Assembly (NCBI GenBank): GCA_963703465.1
Contig: CAVPEQ010000014.1
Span: 50,839-114,838 of the forward strand
Length of the DNA stretch: 64,000 bases
Reading direction: 5' to 3'
DNA from: an uncultured Acidobacteriota bacterium
Lineage (GTDB): Bacteria; Acidobacteriota; Terriglobia; Terriglobales; Acidobacteriaceae
Shown here: positions 1-8,353 of the stretch, piece after piece
How the letters are laid out: every line of letters begins with the position of its first letter
How positions within the stretch are numbered: the stretch's first letter is position 1
The notes under the pieces: model-generated
Database searches by the model: none
What the model was told of the DNA's origin: nothing
The model's input: the letters and a program-made list of their open reading frames with translations, nothing else
Program-made: the position numbers and the translations under genes

Positions 1-180
1 TTCACAAAAGGCTACGCAAAAGGCCGGGTCGGAATTTCCAGTAAGCACGCGCTGGCTCTGGTAAATCGCGGTGACGCCACCGCCGCGGAAATCACGGCCC
101 TCAGAGACGAAATACAGCAGCGTGTGGAACAGCAGTGGGGGATCAAACTCGAGCCGGAACCGGTGCTTGTAGGGTTTTGA
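1..180 (+). CDS. murB: UDP-N-acetylenolpyruvoylglucosamine reductase MurB, C-terminal fragment (5' end outside window)
   Basis: Frame 1 reads ...GRVGISSKHALALVNRGDATAAEITALRDEIQQRVEQQWGIKLEPEPVLVGF* with TGA at 178-180. The pattern (xxSxKHANFIVNxGxATAxD...V...GIxLExEV) matches MurB C-termini. Confidence 0.6.
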   Translation, partial: FTKGYAKGRVGISSKHALALVNRGDATAAEITALRDEIQQRVEQQWGIKLEPEPVLVGF

Positions 181-551
181 GCTGGTTGGGGAGTGGCGCA
201 AACGATCGCGGTAAGTCTATTGGCAGCTCCGCATTTAACGCGCCCTCAACGAAGCACGAAGCTAGTACACAACCCGTTGCGAAGCGCGCAACCGCGAACG
301 CTGCGGTACAACGGCGGTTGCGGCCACATCGCGCGACGGCGGTCGAGCTGGCTGAACCGAAGCTGAGCCAGTTTCCTTCCCCACGTCCGCTTAGCGAACA
401 GGAGCAAATGCTGACGCGTTACGTCAGAGAATTTCACCAGGAAGCGGTGATAGTGGCGCAAGCAGAGGCGCAGGCGGCGGCTCAGAGAGAACTGGCGGAG
501 CTGACTGCGGATAAATCTTCAGAGATTGATTCGGATCAACAGGAAAGGTGA
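135..551 (+). CDS. hypothetical protein (Ala/Gln-rich C-terminus); true start uncertain
   Basis: ORF ends 6 nt before the next start. Its 3' end carries an AGGAAAGGTGAGG Shine-Dalgarno-like stretch for the downstream gene. The 5' part overlaps the murB stop, so the real start is probably internal. Confidence 0.3.
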   Translation: MGDQTRAGTGACRVLSWLGSGANDRGKSIGSSAFNAPSTKHEASTQPVAKRATANAAVQRRLRPHRATAVELAEPKLSQFPSPRPLSEQEQMLTRYVREFHQEAVIVAQAEAQAAAQRELAELTADKSSEIDSDQQER

Positions 552-557
552 GGCGAT

Positions 558-1127
558 ATGCGAAGAGCAATGGGAGTGTGGCTTATCACGATCAGCATGA
601 CGTTCTTGTGTGGGCTGACGTCCTTGCATGCTCAGGAGGAAAATAAACCTGCATCCGAGGATAACAAGACCAAGACAGAGCGCCCTGTTAATAAGGCGGT
701 GCACGCCTATCGTGTGGATTTCTCGATTAGCGAATTGCAGGATGGGAAGAGGATTAACAGTCGACATTACTCTATGGTCCTGAACTCTGGACCCTGGAGT
801 CAGATTAAGATCGGTACACGGGTTCCGGTGACCTCAGCGGCAACACCAGCCGGGAGTATGTTGCAATACCAATACATAGATTTGGGCACTTCAATCGATT
901 GCGAAGTGGACGAGCAAGGCGAAGATCTCGCTCTCGACGTCCGCAGCGATTTCAGCAACATTTCTAATCCCGAAGAGCAGCACAGTGCCCAGCCGGTCAT
1001 CCGGCAGATCAAGATCAACGGCCGCACCCTGACCGCTCCGGGCAAGCCAACAATCATTGGAGCGGTAGACGACCCCAGCTCCACTCGTCAGTTCCAACTT
1101 GAGGCCACGGTCACACGATTGAAATGA
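558..1127 (+). CDS. secreted hypothetical protein
   Basis: ATG preceded by GGTGAGG. N-terminal signal-like segment MRRAMGVWLITISMTFLCGLTSLHAQ. No recognised domain. Confidence 0.6.
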   Translation: MRRAMGVWLITISMTFLCGLTSLHAQEENKPASEDNKTKTERPVNKAVHAYRVDFSISELQDGKRINSRHYSMVLNSGPWSQIKIGTRVPVTSAATPAGSMLQYQYIDLGTSIDCEVDEQGEDLALDVRSDFSNISNPEEQHSAQPVIRQIKINGRTLTAPGKPTIIGAVDDPSSTRQFQLEATVTRLK

Positions 1128-1229
1128 AACGGGGGCTCGGCCCCGGTATGCTGCTATTCCCCTCGAGGGATGAGGATCACGCCAATGCGCGAACCGCCAA
1201 TTCATTGATCGGCAATTCTAGCCGCTTCT

Positions 1230-1892
1230 TTAAAGATCTCCACGAAACATGCTGCGGGTCAGTTTACCTGTCTGCGTGTTCTGGTTGGAGGGATGATACG
1301 ACACCAGCAGCGTGCGGCCGTCGGGGGTGGTGTATTTCGCGCCATGCTGGAAGAGAAATTCAGCGCGGCGATCGAGTATGCCTCGCCGCTTCAGATAATT
1401 GAGATAAGCTTCAAACCCAATTCTGCCCAGCGCGACGATGACCTTTAAATTTTTCAATCCTTCCAGTTCGCGATCGAGAAATGTAGCGCAGTTCGCCAGT
1501 TCTTGCGGCAAAGGCTTATTGTCCGGAGGAGCACAACGCGCCGCCGCGGTGATGTACAAGTCCTTCAGCACCAGACCGTCGTCGCGCTTAGTGGCAGTGG
1601 TTTGATTAGCAAAGCCGGTTTCGTGCAGCACCGGATACATAAAATTTCCCGAAGAATCGCCGGTGAATGGCCGCCCGGTGCGGTTGGAGCCATGCGCTCC
1701 CGGCGCGAGTCCCATGATTAAGACGCGCGCATTGGGATCGCCAAAACCCGGCACCGGCTTGCCCCAATATTCCCAGTCTTTGTAGGCGCGCCGCTTCTCG
1801 CGTGCGATCGTTTCGCGGTACTCGACCAGGCGCGGACATTGCACGCAAGCGACAACTTCAGAATTGAGAACCGTGAGCCAGTCAGGCATCAT
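1230..1892 (-). CDS. uracil-DNA glycosylase superfamily protein (family 4/5 type, Fe-S)
   Basis: CVQCPRL near the N-terminus; GLAPGAHGSNRTGRPFTGD active-site-like motif; HPS near the C-terminus. Confidence 0.8.
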   Translation of the reverse strand: MMPDWLTVLNSEVVACVQCPRLVEYRETIAREKRRAYKDWEYWGKPVPGFGDPNARVLIMGLAPGAHGSNRTGRPFTGDSSGNFMYPVLHETGFANQTTATKRDDGLVLKDLYITAAARCAPPDNKPLPQELANCATFLDRELEGLKNLKVIVALGRIGFEAYLNYLKRRGILDRRAEFLFQHGAKYTTPDGRTLLVSYHPSNQNTQTGKLTRSMFRGDL

Positions 1893-1904
1893 GTGGGGTT
1901 CGCT

Positions 1905-2036
1905 TTCCTTCGTGTCACTTCGTGCCCTTGGTGGTTAATGCTTTGCGGATTCAAAGGAGGCAGATATGCGCGGTCCATTAACGACGTTCGAAGCGAAACC
2001 CGTCAACCACGAAGGACACAAAGTTTCACGAAAGAA
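1905..2036. repeat. intergenic palindromic word-repeat element, family A (CTTCGTG words)
   Basis: Left arm 1905-1940 is ttccttcgtgtcacttcgtgcccttggtggttaatg. Right arm 2004-2036 (caaccacgaaggacacaaagtttcacgaaagaa) is its imperfect reverse complement. A near-identical copy lies at 63877-63979. Confidence 0.8.
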
Positions 2037-2047
2037 ACGCCCTGAAC

Positions 2048-3164
2048 CTAATCTTTCTCCGGCATCGCGAAGTATCCGCTGCGGGCCTGCACTTTATAGC
2101 CATCTTTCGATTTGATTTGCACTTTGCGGAAACCGCCGTTCTTGACTGAATTTGTCAGGGATGTATCCGATGTTGTACTGGCTACGCAGTTCTGCGGATA
2201 TCTGATCAAACGCCTGCTTTAACTTCTCGGTCTTATTCCCCACTTCGATCACGCGACCGCCGGTGTCAGCAGTCAGCTTTTTCATTTCGCTGTCGCCGCT
2301 GTAACCACCAAAGCCATAGAAACCGCGGTCCGCGCAGAGCAGCACATAAACAATGGTGTCAGCTTTCTGAGCTGCCTCGATCGCGTCTCTGAGTTTGTAC
2401 TGGCTGCCCTGGTCTTCTCCGTCGGTAAGCAGAATCATCGCCTTGCGGTCCACCTGCTGCCCCATCTCATCGTGTGAGGCCAGATACACGGCATCGAAAA
2501 GCAGCGTGCCTTTAGGCTGTCCGATGGTCGGCACCGGCCCGCCGCCCTGACCGGGTAATCCGGACACAACCGCCTGCCCCCCGCTGTTAATTTTTACGCT
2601 GTTCAAGGCCTCCTTCAAACGCCGCGGGCTGCTGGTGAAGTCCTGCACCAGGCTGACTCCGATGTTGAAGTCCATCACAAACGCCATATCTTTTTCGCGC
2701 AAAATTTGAGTAAGGAATGCGCCGCCGACTTCCTGCTCCATGTTCAGGACGCGCTCCTGGCTGGCGCTGGAATCGATCAGAATTCCCAAGGTCAAAGGCA
2801 ATTGCGATTCGGCCGAGAAATATTTAATGGTCTGGGGCTTGCCATCCTCGGCGACTTCGAACGCGTCTTTCGGCAGGTTGCCGATCATGCCACCCTTTTT
2901 GTCCTTCACGTTGAAGAAGAGCTGGACCACGTTCGTATTCGCTTTGAAGGTGGTGACCGGCTGGTCCTCAGCTTCTTTTTCGTCTTTCTGGGACTGGGCC
3001 TTGTCCGCGGCTTCGCGGTCCTGTTGGTCGGGCACCATCTGGACATCCTGGGCCGCAGCGAACAGCGTTAACGCAAGCAGCGCCAGTTGGATACCAAACA
3101 TCCTTGAATGAAACACAAACCGCATAAATTGAGTTCCTGTGGTTTCTGGTAGTCTACTTCTCAT
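2048..3164 (-). pseudogene. VWFA-related acidobacterial-domain protein (VWA), 3' end broken by one apparent 1-nt insertion
   Basis: Signal peptide and MIDAS-like LILIDSSASQ. ORF 2094-3164 ends aberrantly as ...YNIGYIPDKFSQERRFPQSANQIERWL*. Skipping 1 nt near 2150-2162 gives ...TNSVKNGGFRKVQIKSKDGYKVQARSGYFAMPEKD* (TAG at 2048-2050), the family-typical C-terminus. Confidence 0.8.
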
Positions 3165-3230
3165 CGATTAGATGCACCAAACCTGCAGGTCTAGCATCCC
3201 AATAGCCAGAACTTTATACGGAGGAATCCG

Positions 3231-4634
3231 TTGCTAAGACGATTGGTAATGTGGTTTCTGGTGGTTGGAACCCTCACCGTAGCGCCTTCATCACTTTTGG
3301 CCGTCCAGAATTCGGACAACGGCACTCAGACTCCGCCTCCGGCGCAGACCTCTGAGCAAAAAGCCGCGCCAGACCCGAACCAGCAAAAGCAAAGCATTCC
3401 GGATGCACCATCCACGGTGCAACCGCCGGCAGCTTTGCCGCAACCGCCGCCGACACCGCAATCTGAGCAGCAGCCCGCGCCCGCTCCCCAGCAGCCCGCC
3501 GCCAATGAACCGCCGCCTCGGGAATCAACCGATGAAGTTCCAACAGGTCCACGCCCGCCACTGAACGTCAAAACTGTTCCTCAAGGCGGAGCGACCGCTG
3601 CATCTTCAGATACTCAGGATGAATTATTCAAGATTGTAACCAACGTGAATCAAGTCATGATTCCCGTGACCGTGAAAGATGAATCGGGACACCTGATCGG
3701 CGGTCTTCTTTCTAAGGACTTTACCGTCCGAGAAAACGGTAAGAAGCAGACGCTGAATTTCTTCACCAGCGATCCCTTCGCGCTCTCGGCGGCAATCATT
3801 TTCGATCTTGGAATGAAGGACGTGGATGTACAGAAGGTGAACCACACCTTTCCCGCTCTCGAAGGAGTCTTCAGCCCGTTCGACGAAGTGTCGATCTACA
3901 GCTATAGCAATGTCGTGGGCCAGATCTCAAACTGGACCGGAGTCGGTGAGAAGCTCACCGAGAGGTTTGCCACTCTGGCAACCGCGAGCGGCCGAAACAA
4001 CGGCCCGCCGGTTTCTGATGGACCATTCGGACCACAGGGCCCGACCATCAATAACATGCCGGTCGACCCCAACCCTGGTATCACGGCGGCAGGGTCGCAG
4101 CAGGAATCGCACGTGCTGAATGATGCCATTCTGAAGGCTGCGCTTGATCTTGCGAAGCGACCGCGCGAGCGCCGCAAGGTGATCTTCATCATCAGCGACG
4201 GACGCGAATACCACAGCAATGCCAGCTATCGCGACGTGCTGAAAGTCCTGTTGAGCAACAACATCATGGTTTACGCGATTGGTGTGGGCGGCAGCGCAAT
4301 GCCGATTTACAGCAAAGTTGAGAAACTGCATCTTCCCCGCTTCGGCTACAGCGACATTCTGCCCAAATACGCGGGCGCAACCGGCGGCGAAGTATTCAAC
4401 GAACTCACCCGGACCGGCCTCGAGGACGCCTACTCGCGCCTGATGGGTGATGCGCGCAATCAATACACCCTGGGCTATATTTCACACGAGCCGGTGGTAG
4501 GACAGCACAATGACGTCGAGGTGCTCATCAACCGGCCAAGTTGCAAGCGTTCTTCAATACGTCCCTGCGTGGATGTAACTGCCAAAGAAGGATACTACGC
4601 GATGCCTCCGGCGCGGGTGAGGAATTCCGAGTAA
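3231..4634 (+). CDS. VWFA-related acidobacterial-domain protein with long Pro/Gln-rich N-terminal linker
   Basis: Signal peptide, then about 100 aa of P/Q/A-rich sequence. Followed by FKIVTNVNQVMIPVTVKDESGHLIGGL...FTVRENGKKQ and the C-terminal YTLGY...AKEGYYAMP pattern shared with the neighbour. Confidence 0.8.
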   Translation: MLRRLVMWFLVVGTLTVAPSSLLAVQNSDNGTQTPPPAQTSEQKAAPDPNQQKQSIPDAPSTVQPPAALPQPPPTPQSEQQPAPAPQQPAANEPPPRESTDEVPTGPRPPLNVKTVPQGGATAASSDTQDELFKIVTNVNQVMIPVTVKDESGHLIGGLLSKDFTVRENGKKQTLNFFTSDPFALSAAIIFDLGMKDVDVQKVNHTFPALEGVFSPFDEVSIYSYSNVVGQISNWTGVGEKLTERFATLATASGRNNGPPVSDGPFGPQGPTINNMPVDPNPGITAAGSQQESHVLNDAILKAALDLAKRPRERRKVIFIISDGREYHSNASYRDVLKVLLSNNIMVYAIGVGGSAMPIYSKVEKLHLPRFGYSDILPKYAGATGGEVFNELTRTGLEDAYSRLMGDARNQYTLGYISHEPVVGQHNDVEVLINRPSCKRSSIRPCVDVTAKEGYYAMPPARVRNSE

Positions 4635-4635
4635 C

Positions 4636-4953
4636 TTAGCTGCTCTCCGCGGGGGCAAAGATCACTAGCAACACCAATTCTTCTGCTATGTCGAAGAAGC
4701 GGTGTTCAAGCGCTTTTTCGACAAAAATCACATCGCCTTGGCTGACGGAACGCTCTTCCCTGCCGAGCCGCATTTTCGCTTTGCCGCTGACGACGTAATA
4801 AATTTCGTCTTCCTGATGAGGACTTTGTTTGTCGGTCGCGCCCGCGGAGAGCACGTAGATTCCAGCGCTCATCGCGGGCACGCGAAGAAATTCGTGGTAG
4901 CGCTTATCTCCCAAACGCTGCAGCAGTTCCGCAAATTTCACTACTTCGCTCAC
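4636..4953 (-). CDS. cupin domain protein
   Basis: 105 aa with HQEDEIYYVVSGKAKM...GDVIFVEKALEHRF, typical cupin motifs 1 and 2. Overlaps the upstream TetR stop by 4 nt. Confidence 0.7.
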   Translation of the reverse strand: MSEVVKFAELLQRLGDKRYHEFLRVPAMSAGIYVLSAGATDKQSPHQEDEIYYVVSGKAKMRLGREERSVSQGDVIFVEKALEHRFFDIAEELVLLVIFAPAESS

Positions 4954-5561
4954 GCAAACGCACCCTGAAAAAATATTTCCGTATATTGCTTCGCGAGGCT
5001 TTCCTCCTCAAGACTCCCGTCCGGGCGATACCACTGATAAATCCAATTGATCATTCCCAGCAGCGCAAACGCCGCCGCGCGGGGCGTCACCGAACCGTTG
5101 GATCCGCGTGCGCGCTGCACTTCGCCAATTAGATTCTCCAGAAAATGCACGTAATCTTTTTTCCGCGAATTGATGCGTTTGCGCAGCGTCGGTGACAGCG
5201 GATGGTTTTCATGCAGCATGACCGTGATCTCGCGATCGCGTTCGCTCAACACCACCGCGATGTGACGGCGAATCACCGTCCGCAGCCGCTCCTCAGGGTC
5301 CGGAGTTAACTTCGCTGGGGCAATCACGCGCTCTTCGGTGATGTCCATGGCGTGGCTCATCAGATTGAACAGGATCTCTTCCTTGCTCTGAAAGTGGTGA
5401 TAGAGGCCGCCCTTGCTAAGTTTGAGGGCGGCAGCCACATCGTTCATCGAGGTCGCGTCATAGCCCTGCTGCTGAAACAAGCGGGCGGCGGCGCGCAGGA
5501 TTTCCTGACGGGAACCCAGCGTGCCCTCACGGGCGATAGGTCGAGCACCAGTGCGAGCCAT
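4950..5561 (-). CDS. TetR/AcrR family transcriptional regulator
   Basis: SRQEILRAAARLFQQQGYDATSMNDVAAALKLSKGGLYHHFQSKEEIL HTH signature. Start placed at the internal ATG 5559-5561 (MARTGARP...). Confidence 0.85.
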   Translation of the reverse strand: MARTGARPIAREGTLGSRQEILRAAARLFQQQGYDATSMNDVAAALKLSKGGLYHHFQSKEEILFNLMSHAMDITEERVIAPAKLTPDPEERLRTVIRRHIAVVLSERDREITVMLHENHPLSPTLRKRINSRKKDYVHFLENLIGEVQRARGSNGSVTPRAAAFALLGMINWIYQWYRPDGSLEEESLAKQYTEIFFQGAFA

Positions 5562-5677
5562 AGTTCGATCCACTGATCGACAGCATATACAGCGGGCAGC
5601 GGAATTGCCAAATGTGCCGATTATCGATCGCTCGCCGTCAGGAAGGAATGAGATCACGTAAAATATTTAGAGAAGCC

Positions 5678-6427
5678 ATGGCTGAAAAAACTGTGCTCTT
5701 CAAAATCCGCCGCCAGGAGTCACCCAACACCCAACCACGCTGGGAGGAGTTCGAGCTGGCCTGGCATTCGGGTATGAACGTGATCTCCTCGATGATGGAG
5801 ATCGCCCGCAACCCGGTCACCCGCGACGGCAAAACCACCACCCCGATCACCTACGATTCAAATTGCCTGGAAGAGGTCTGCGGCTCGTGCGCCATGCTTA
5901 TCAATGGCAAAGCGCGTATGGCCTGCTCGGCGCTGGTGGATAACCTTGAAAAGCCGATCAAGCTCGAGCCGCTATCGAAATTTCCCGTGGTGCGCGATCT
6001 AGCCGTCGATCGCAGCGTGCTCTTTGAAAATCTGAAGCGCGTAAAAGCCTGGGTTCCGGTGGATGGAACCTACGATCTCGGCTCCGGCCCGCGCGTAACC
6101 ATGCACGAACAAGAAGAGGCCTACCCGCTTTCCCGCTGCATCTCCTGCTGCTGCTGCATGGAAGTTTGCCCTCAGTTCAACGAGGAAACTGGCTTCGTGG
6201 GCGCGGCCACGATTTCACAAGTGCGCCTGTTTAATACTCATCCCACCGGCGCTGCTCTGAAACGTGAACGACTGGCGGCGCTCATGGGCGACGGCGGCAT
6301 TCAAGAGTGCGGCTACGCGCAGAACTGCGTGGAAGCCTGCCCGAAAGATATTCCACTGACCAGGTCAATCTCTGAAGTTGGTGGCGCGGTCATGAAGCAA
6401 GCTATTGGTGATTTGTTCCGGCGCTAA
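5678..6427 (+). CDS. sdhB: succinate dehydrogenase/fumarate reductase iron-sulfur subunit-like protein
   Basis: Three Cys clusters: CLEEVCGSCAMLINGKARMAC (2Fe-2S), CISCCCCMEVCP (4Fe-4S), CGYAQNCVEACP (3Fe-4S). Start taken at ATG 5678 (MAEKTVLFKIRRQ). Confidence 0.8.
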   Translation: MAEKTVLFKIRRQESPNTQPRWEEFELAWHSGMNVISSMMEIARNPVTRDGKTTTPITYDSNCLEEVCGSCAMLINGKARMACSALVDNLEKPIKLEPLSKFPVVRDLAVDRSVLFENLKRVKAWVPVDGTYDLGSGPRVTMHEQEEAYPLSRCISCCCCMEVCPQFNEETGFVGAATISQVRLFNTHPTGAALKRERLAALMGDGGIQECGYAQNCVEACPKDIPLTRSISEVGGAVMKQAIGDLFRR

Positions 6428-6433
6428 AAAAGC

Positions 6434-6480
6434 TTTTAATCGCAAAGGCCGCAGAGAACCACCGCCGAGATCGCAGAGAC
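6434..6480. repeat. single arm of word-repeat element, family B (ATCGCAAAG-type words)
   Basis: ttttaatcgcaaaggccgcagagaaccaccgccgagatcgcagagac resembles the left arm at 9777-9822. Confidence 0.6.
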
Positions 6481-6883
6481 AATCTTTGAAAGCGACATAT
6501 TTCTAGCTCACGGCAGATTTACGTGGCCCTTCACTCGCGGTTACCATTGACACTTTTCGTAACGTGACCGAAAAAGTTTGCCACTTTTCGGTCCTCACCC
6601 TGTCCCGAAAGCCTTGATGGGCGGGGATTGCGGCCGACGCCAGCCAAATCGCGTTGAATCCAAAGAAGATGTTTCTGGACCGCCACGCCCGTCTGAACGG
6701 CCTCCCAGCTGCAATATGAATAGCGTTCGACATTCTGAGTAACGGGAGGTAACCAGCAGGAGTTACAGGTGGTGAGTCCAAGGTAATGCTTACGTTTACA
6801 CTTTTGTGCTTGGATTTTTCAGGAACTGTCATAGAATGAAGCCCTGGAATGAACACCTTGAGCGCCTTCTGCCAAGTCCGCCG

Positions 6884-7627
6884 ATGAGAATACAGAAATA
6901 CGCCATCGCATTTTTCGTCACTCTGGTCATGAGCAGCCAAGCCTTTGCCGTGCGGCCCATCATGCCGCCACGTTATCACCGGATGCATCGCATTCGTCGC
7001 ATTCCATGGAATCCAGTATTCAAGCCCTCGCATGAATCTTTGCTTTTGCAAAACGAAGAGATCGACCGCCTAAACCTTCCGCGGATTTATGACGATAGGC
7101 AACTGGAGAGGCTCAAGGCTAGCGGCGACCTGGTTCCGATCGTTCCTGGGCAAACGCTTCGCATTCAACCGTCGCTCGATCCTAACCGGCGCTACTGCCG
7201 TACCTGGACACTGGATTTTGTGACCGACCTCAGCCAGGCCTACTACAAAGAATTTCACGAACAGATTCAGGTCAACTCGGCCGTGCGAACGGTGCTGGTA
7301 CAGAAAAAGCTTCGCCGCCACAATCGCAACGCAGCTCCAGAAAAAGGCGAGACCGCCTCATCGCACCTTGCCGGACTGACCATCGATCTGCAACGCCGCG
7401 GTATGACGAAGTCACAAGTGAAGTGGATGGAAGAATATCTGCGTCCGCTGAAAGAAATGGGGTTGGTTGAGCCCGAAGAAGAACGGCGCCAGTGGTGCTT
7501 TCACATCATGGTTGCCGGCGCTTACGACGACTGGCGCGCCACCCGCATGTTCGCCGCCCAGGAGGACGTGAACAAAACTCTCTCTGAGCTCACGACGGTT
7601 GGATTACCGGGCCTCGACCTTCAATAA
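6884..7627 (+). CDS. secreted LAS/peptidase M15-like (VanY/DD-carboxypeptidase fold) protein
   Basis: Signal peptide MRIQKYAIAFFVTLVMSSQAFA. SSHLAGLTID approximates the SxHxxGxAxD zinc motif, and a later QWCFH approximates the ExxH/WH motif. Confidence 0.55.
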   Translation: MRIQKYAIAFFVTLVMSSQAFAVRPIMPPRYHRMHRIRRIPWNPVFKPSHESLLLQNEEIDRLNLPRIYDDRQLERLKASGDLVPIVPGQTLRIQPSLDPNRRYCRTWTLDFVTDLSQAYYKEFHEQIQVNSAVRTVLVQKKLRRHNRNAAPEKGETASSHLAGLTIDLQRRGMTKSQVKWMEEYLRPLKEMGLVEPEEERRQWCFHIMVAGAYDDWRATRMFAAQEDVNKTLSELTTVGLPGLDLQ

Positions 7628-7646
7628 GAATTTTTTTTCGCCTCAG

Positions 7647-7686
7647 GCCCTGCGGCGCTCACATGAGCCCGCAGGGCTTTTATTTA
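7647..7686 (+). terminator. Rho-independent terminator
   Basis: gccctgcgg (7647-7655) pairs with ccgcagggc (7669-7677), followed by ttttattta. Confidence 0.7.
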
Positions 7687-7714
7687 GCGCTGCATCCTGG
7701 GCTATTCTCATTCC

Positions 7715-8233
7715 ATGTTGATTCTCATGGCCGGCCTGCCAGGCACGGGTAAGAGCACGCTCAGCCGTGCGTTGGCCTCCGACCTCAAGGGCACAGTCAT
7801 CGATAAAGACCAGGTTCGATCGTCGCTTTTCTCCCTGACGGACATCGAATATTCCACTGAACAGGATGACTTCTGCATGGCGGTCATGCTCAAGGTGGCC
7901 GGTTACTTGTTCCGCAAAGATCCGGCACGGCTTGTATTTATGGATGGCCGCACTTTCTCGCAAACTTATCAATTGAAACGGGCCACCGGCTTTGCCGAAG
8001 CCATAAGCCAGCCGTGGCTCATTCTGGAGTGTGTCTGCAGCGAAGCCACGGCGCGCAGGCGATTAACCAACGATCGTGATCATGTTGCCGCCAACCGGAC
8101 CTTCGATTTGTATGTGAAGGTCAAATCGCGTTTCGAAGAGATCTCATTTTCTAAAACCGTCGTCGACACTGACCAGCCGATCGAGGCCTGCATTCAGCTC
8201 GCAACGGCAGCTCTTGACGCGAGGAAATCCTAA
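7715..8233 (+). CDS. P-loop AAA_33/gluconate-kinase-like ATP-binding protein
   Basis: Walker A at the N-terminus: MLILMAGLPGTGKSTLSRALA. About 170 aa, a small kinase-like size. Confidence 0.65.
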   Translation: MLILMAGLPGTGKSTLSRALASDLKGTVIDKDQVRSSLFSLTDIEYSTEQDDFCMAVMLKVAGYLFRKDPARLVFMDGRTFSQTYQLKRATGFAEAISQPWLILECVCSEATARRRLTNDRDHVAANRTFDLYVKVKSRFEEISFSKTVVDTDQPIEACIQLATAALDARKS

Positions 8234-8246
8234 AATCGTACGAGAA

Positions 8247-8296
8247 TCTCTCTGTGTTTTTCCTCTGTGAAACTCTGTGTCCCTCTGTGGTTAAGC
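8247..8296. repeat. one-armed word-repeat, family A variant (CTCTGTG words)
   Basis: atCTCTCTGTGtttttcCTCTGTGaaaCTCTGTGtccCTCTGTGgttaag. Four words at about 10-nt spacing, ending in gtggttaa like family A. Confidence 0.6.
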
Positions 8297-8353
8297 TTTC
8301 CCTGTCGTACAATGCTATTTCTGTCTCGACGCCAACCCATGCCAGGAGCAACC

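Noticed and set aside
6503-7051. 182-aa minus-strand ORF spanning the sdhB-downstream gap.
   Set aside because: No motifs and odd composition. It overlaps the signal-peptide region of the plus-strand 6884 gene. The region is kept as unexplained non-coding sequence instead.
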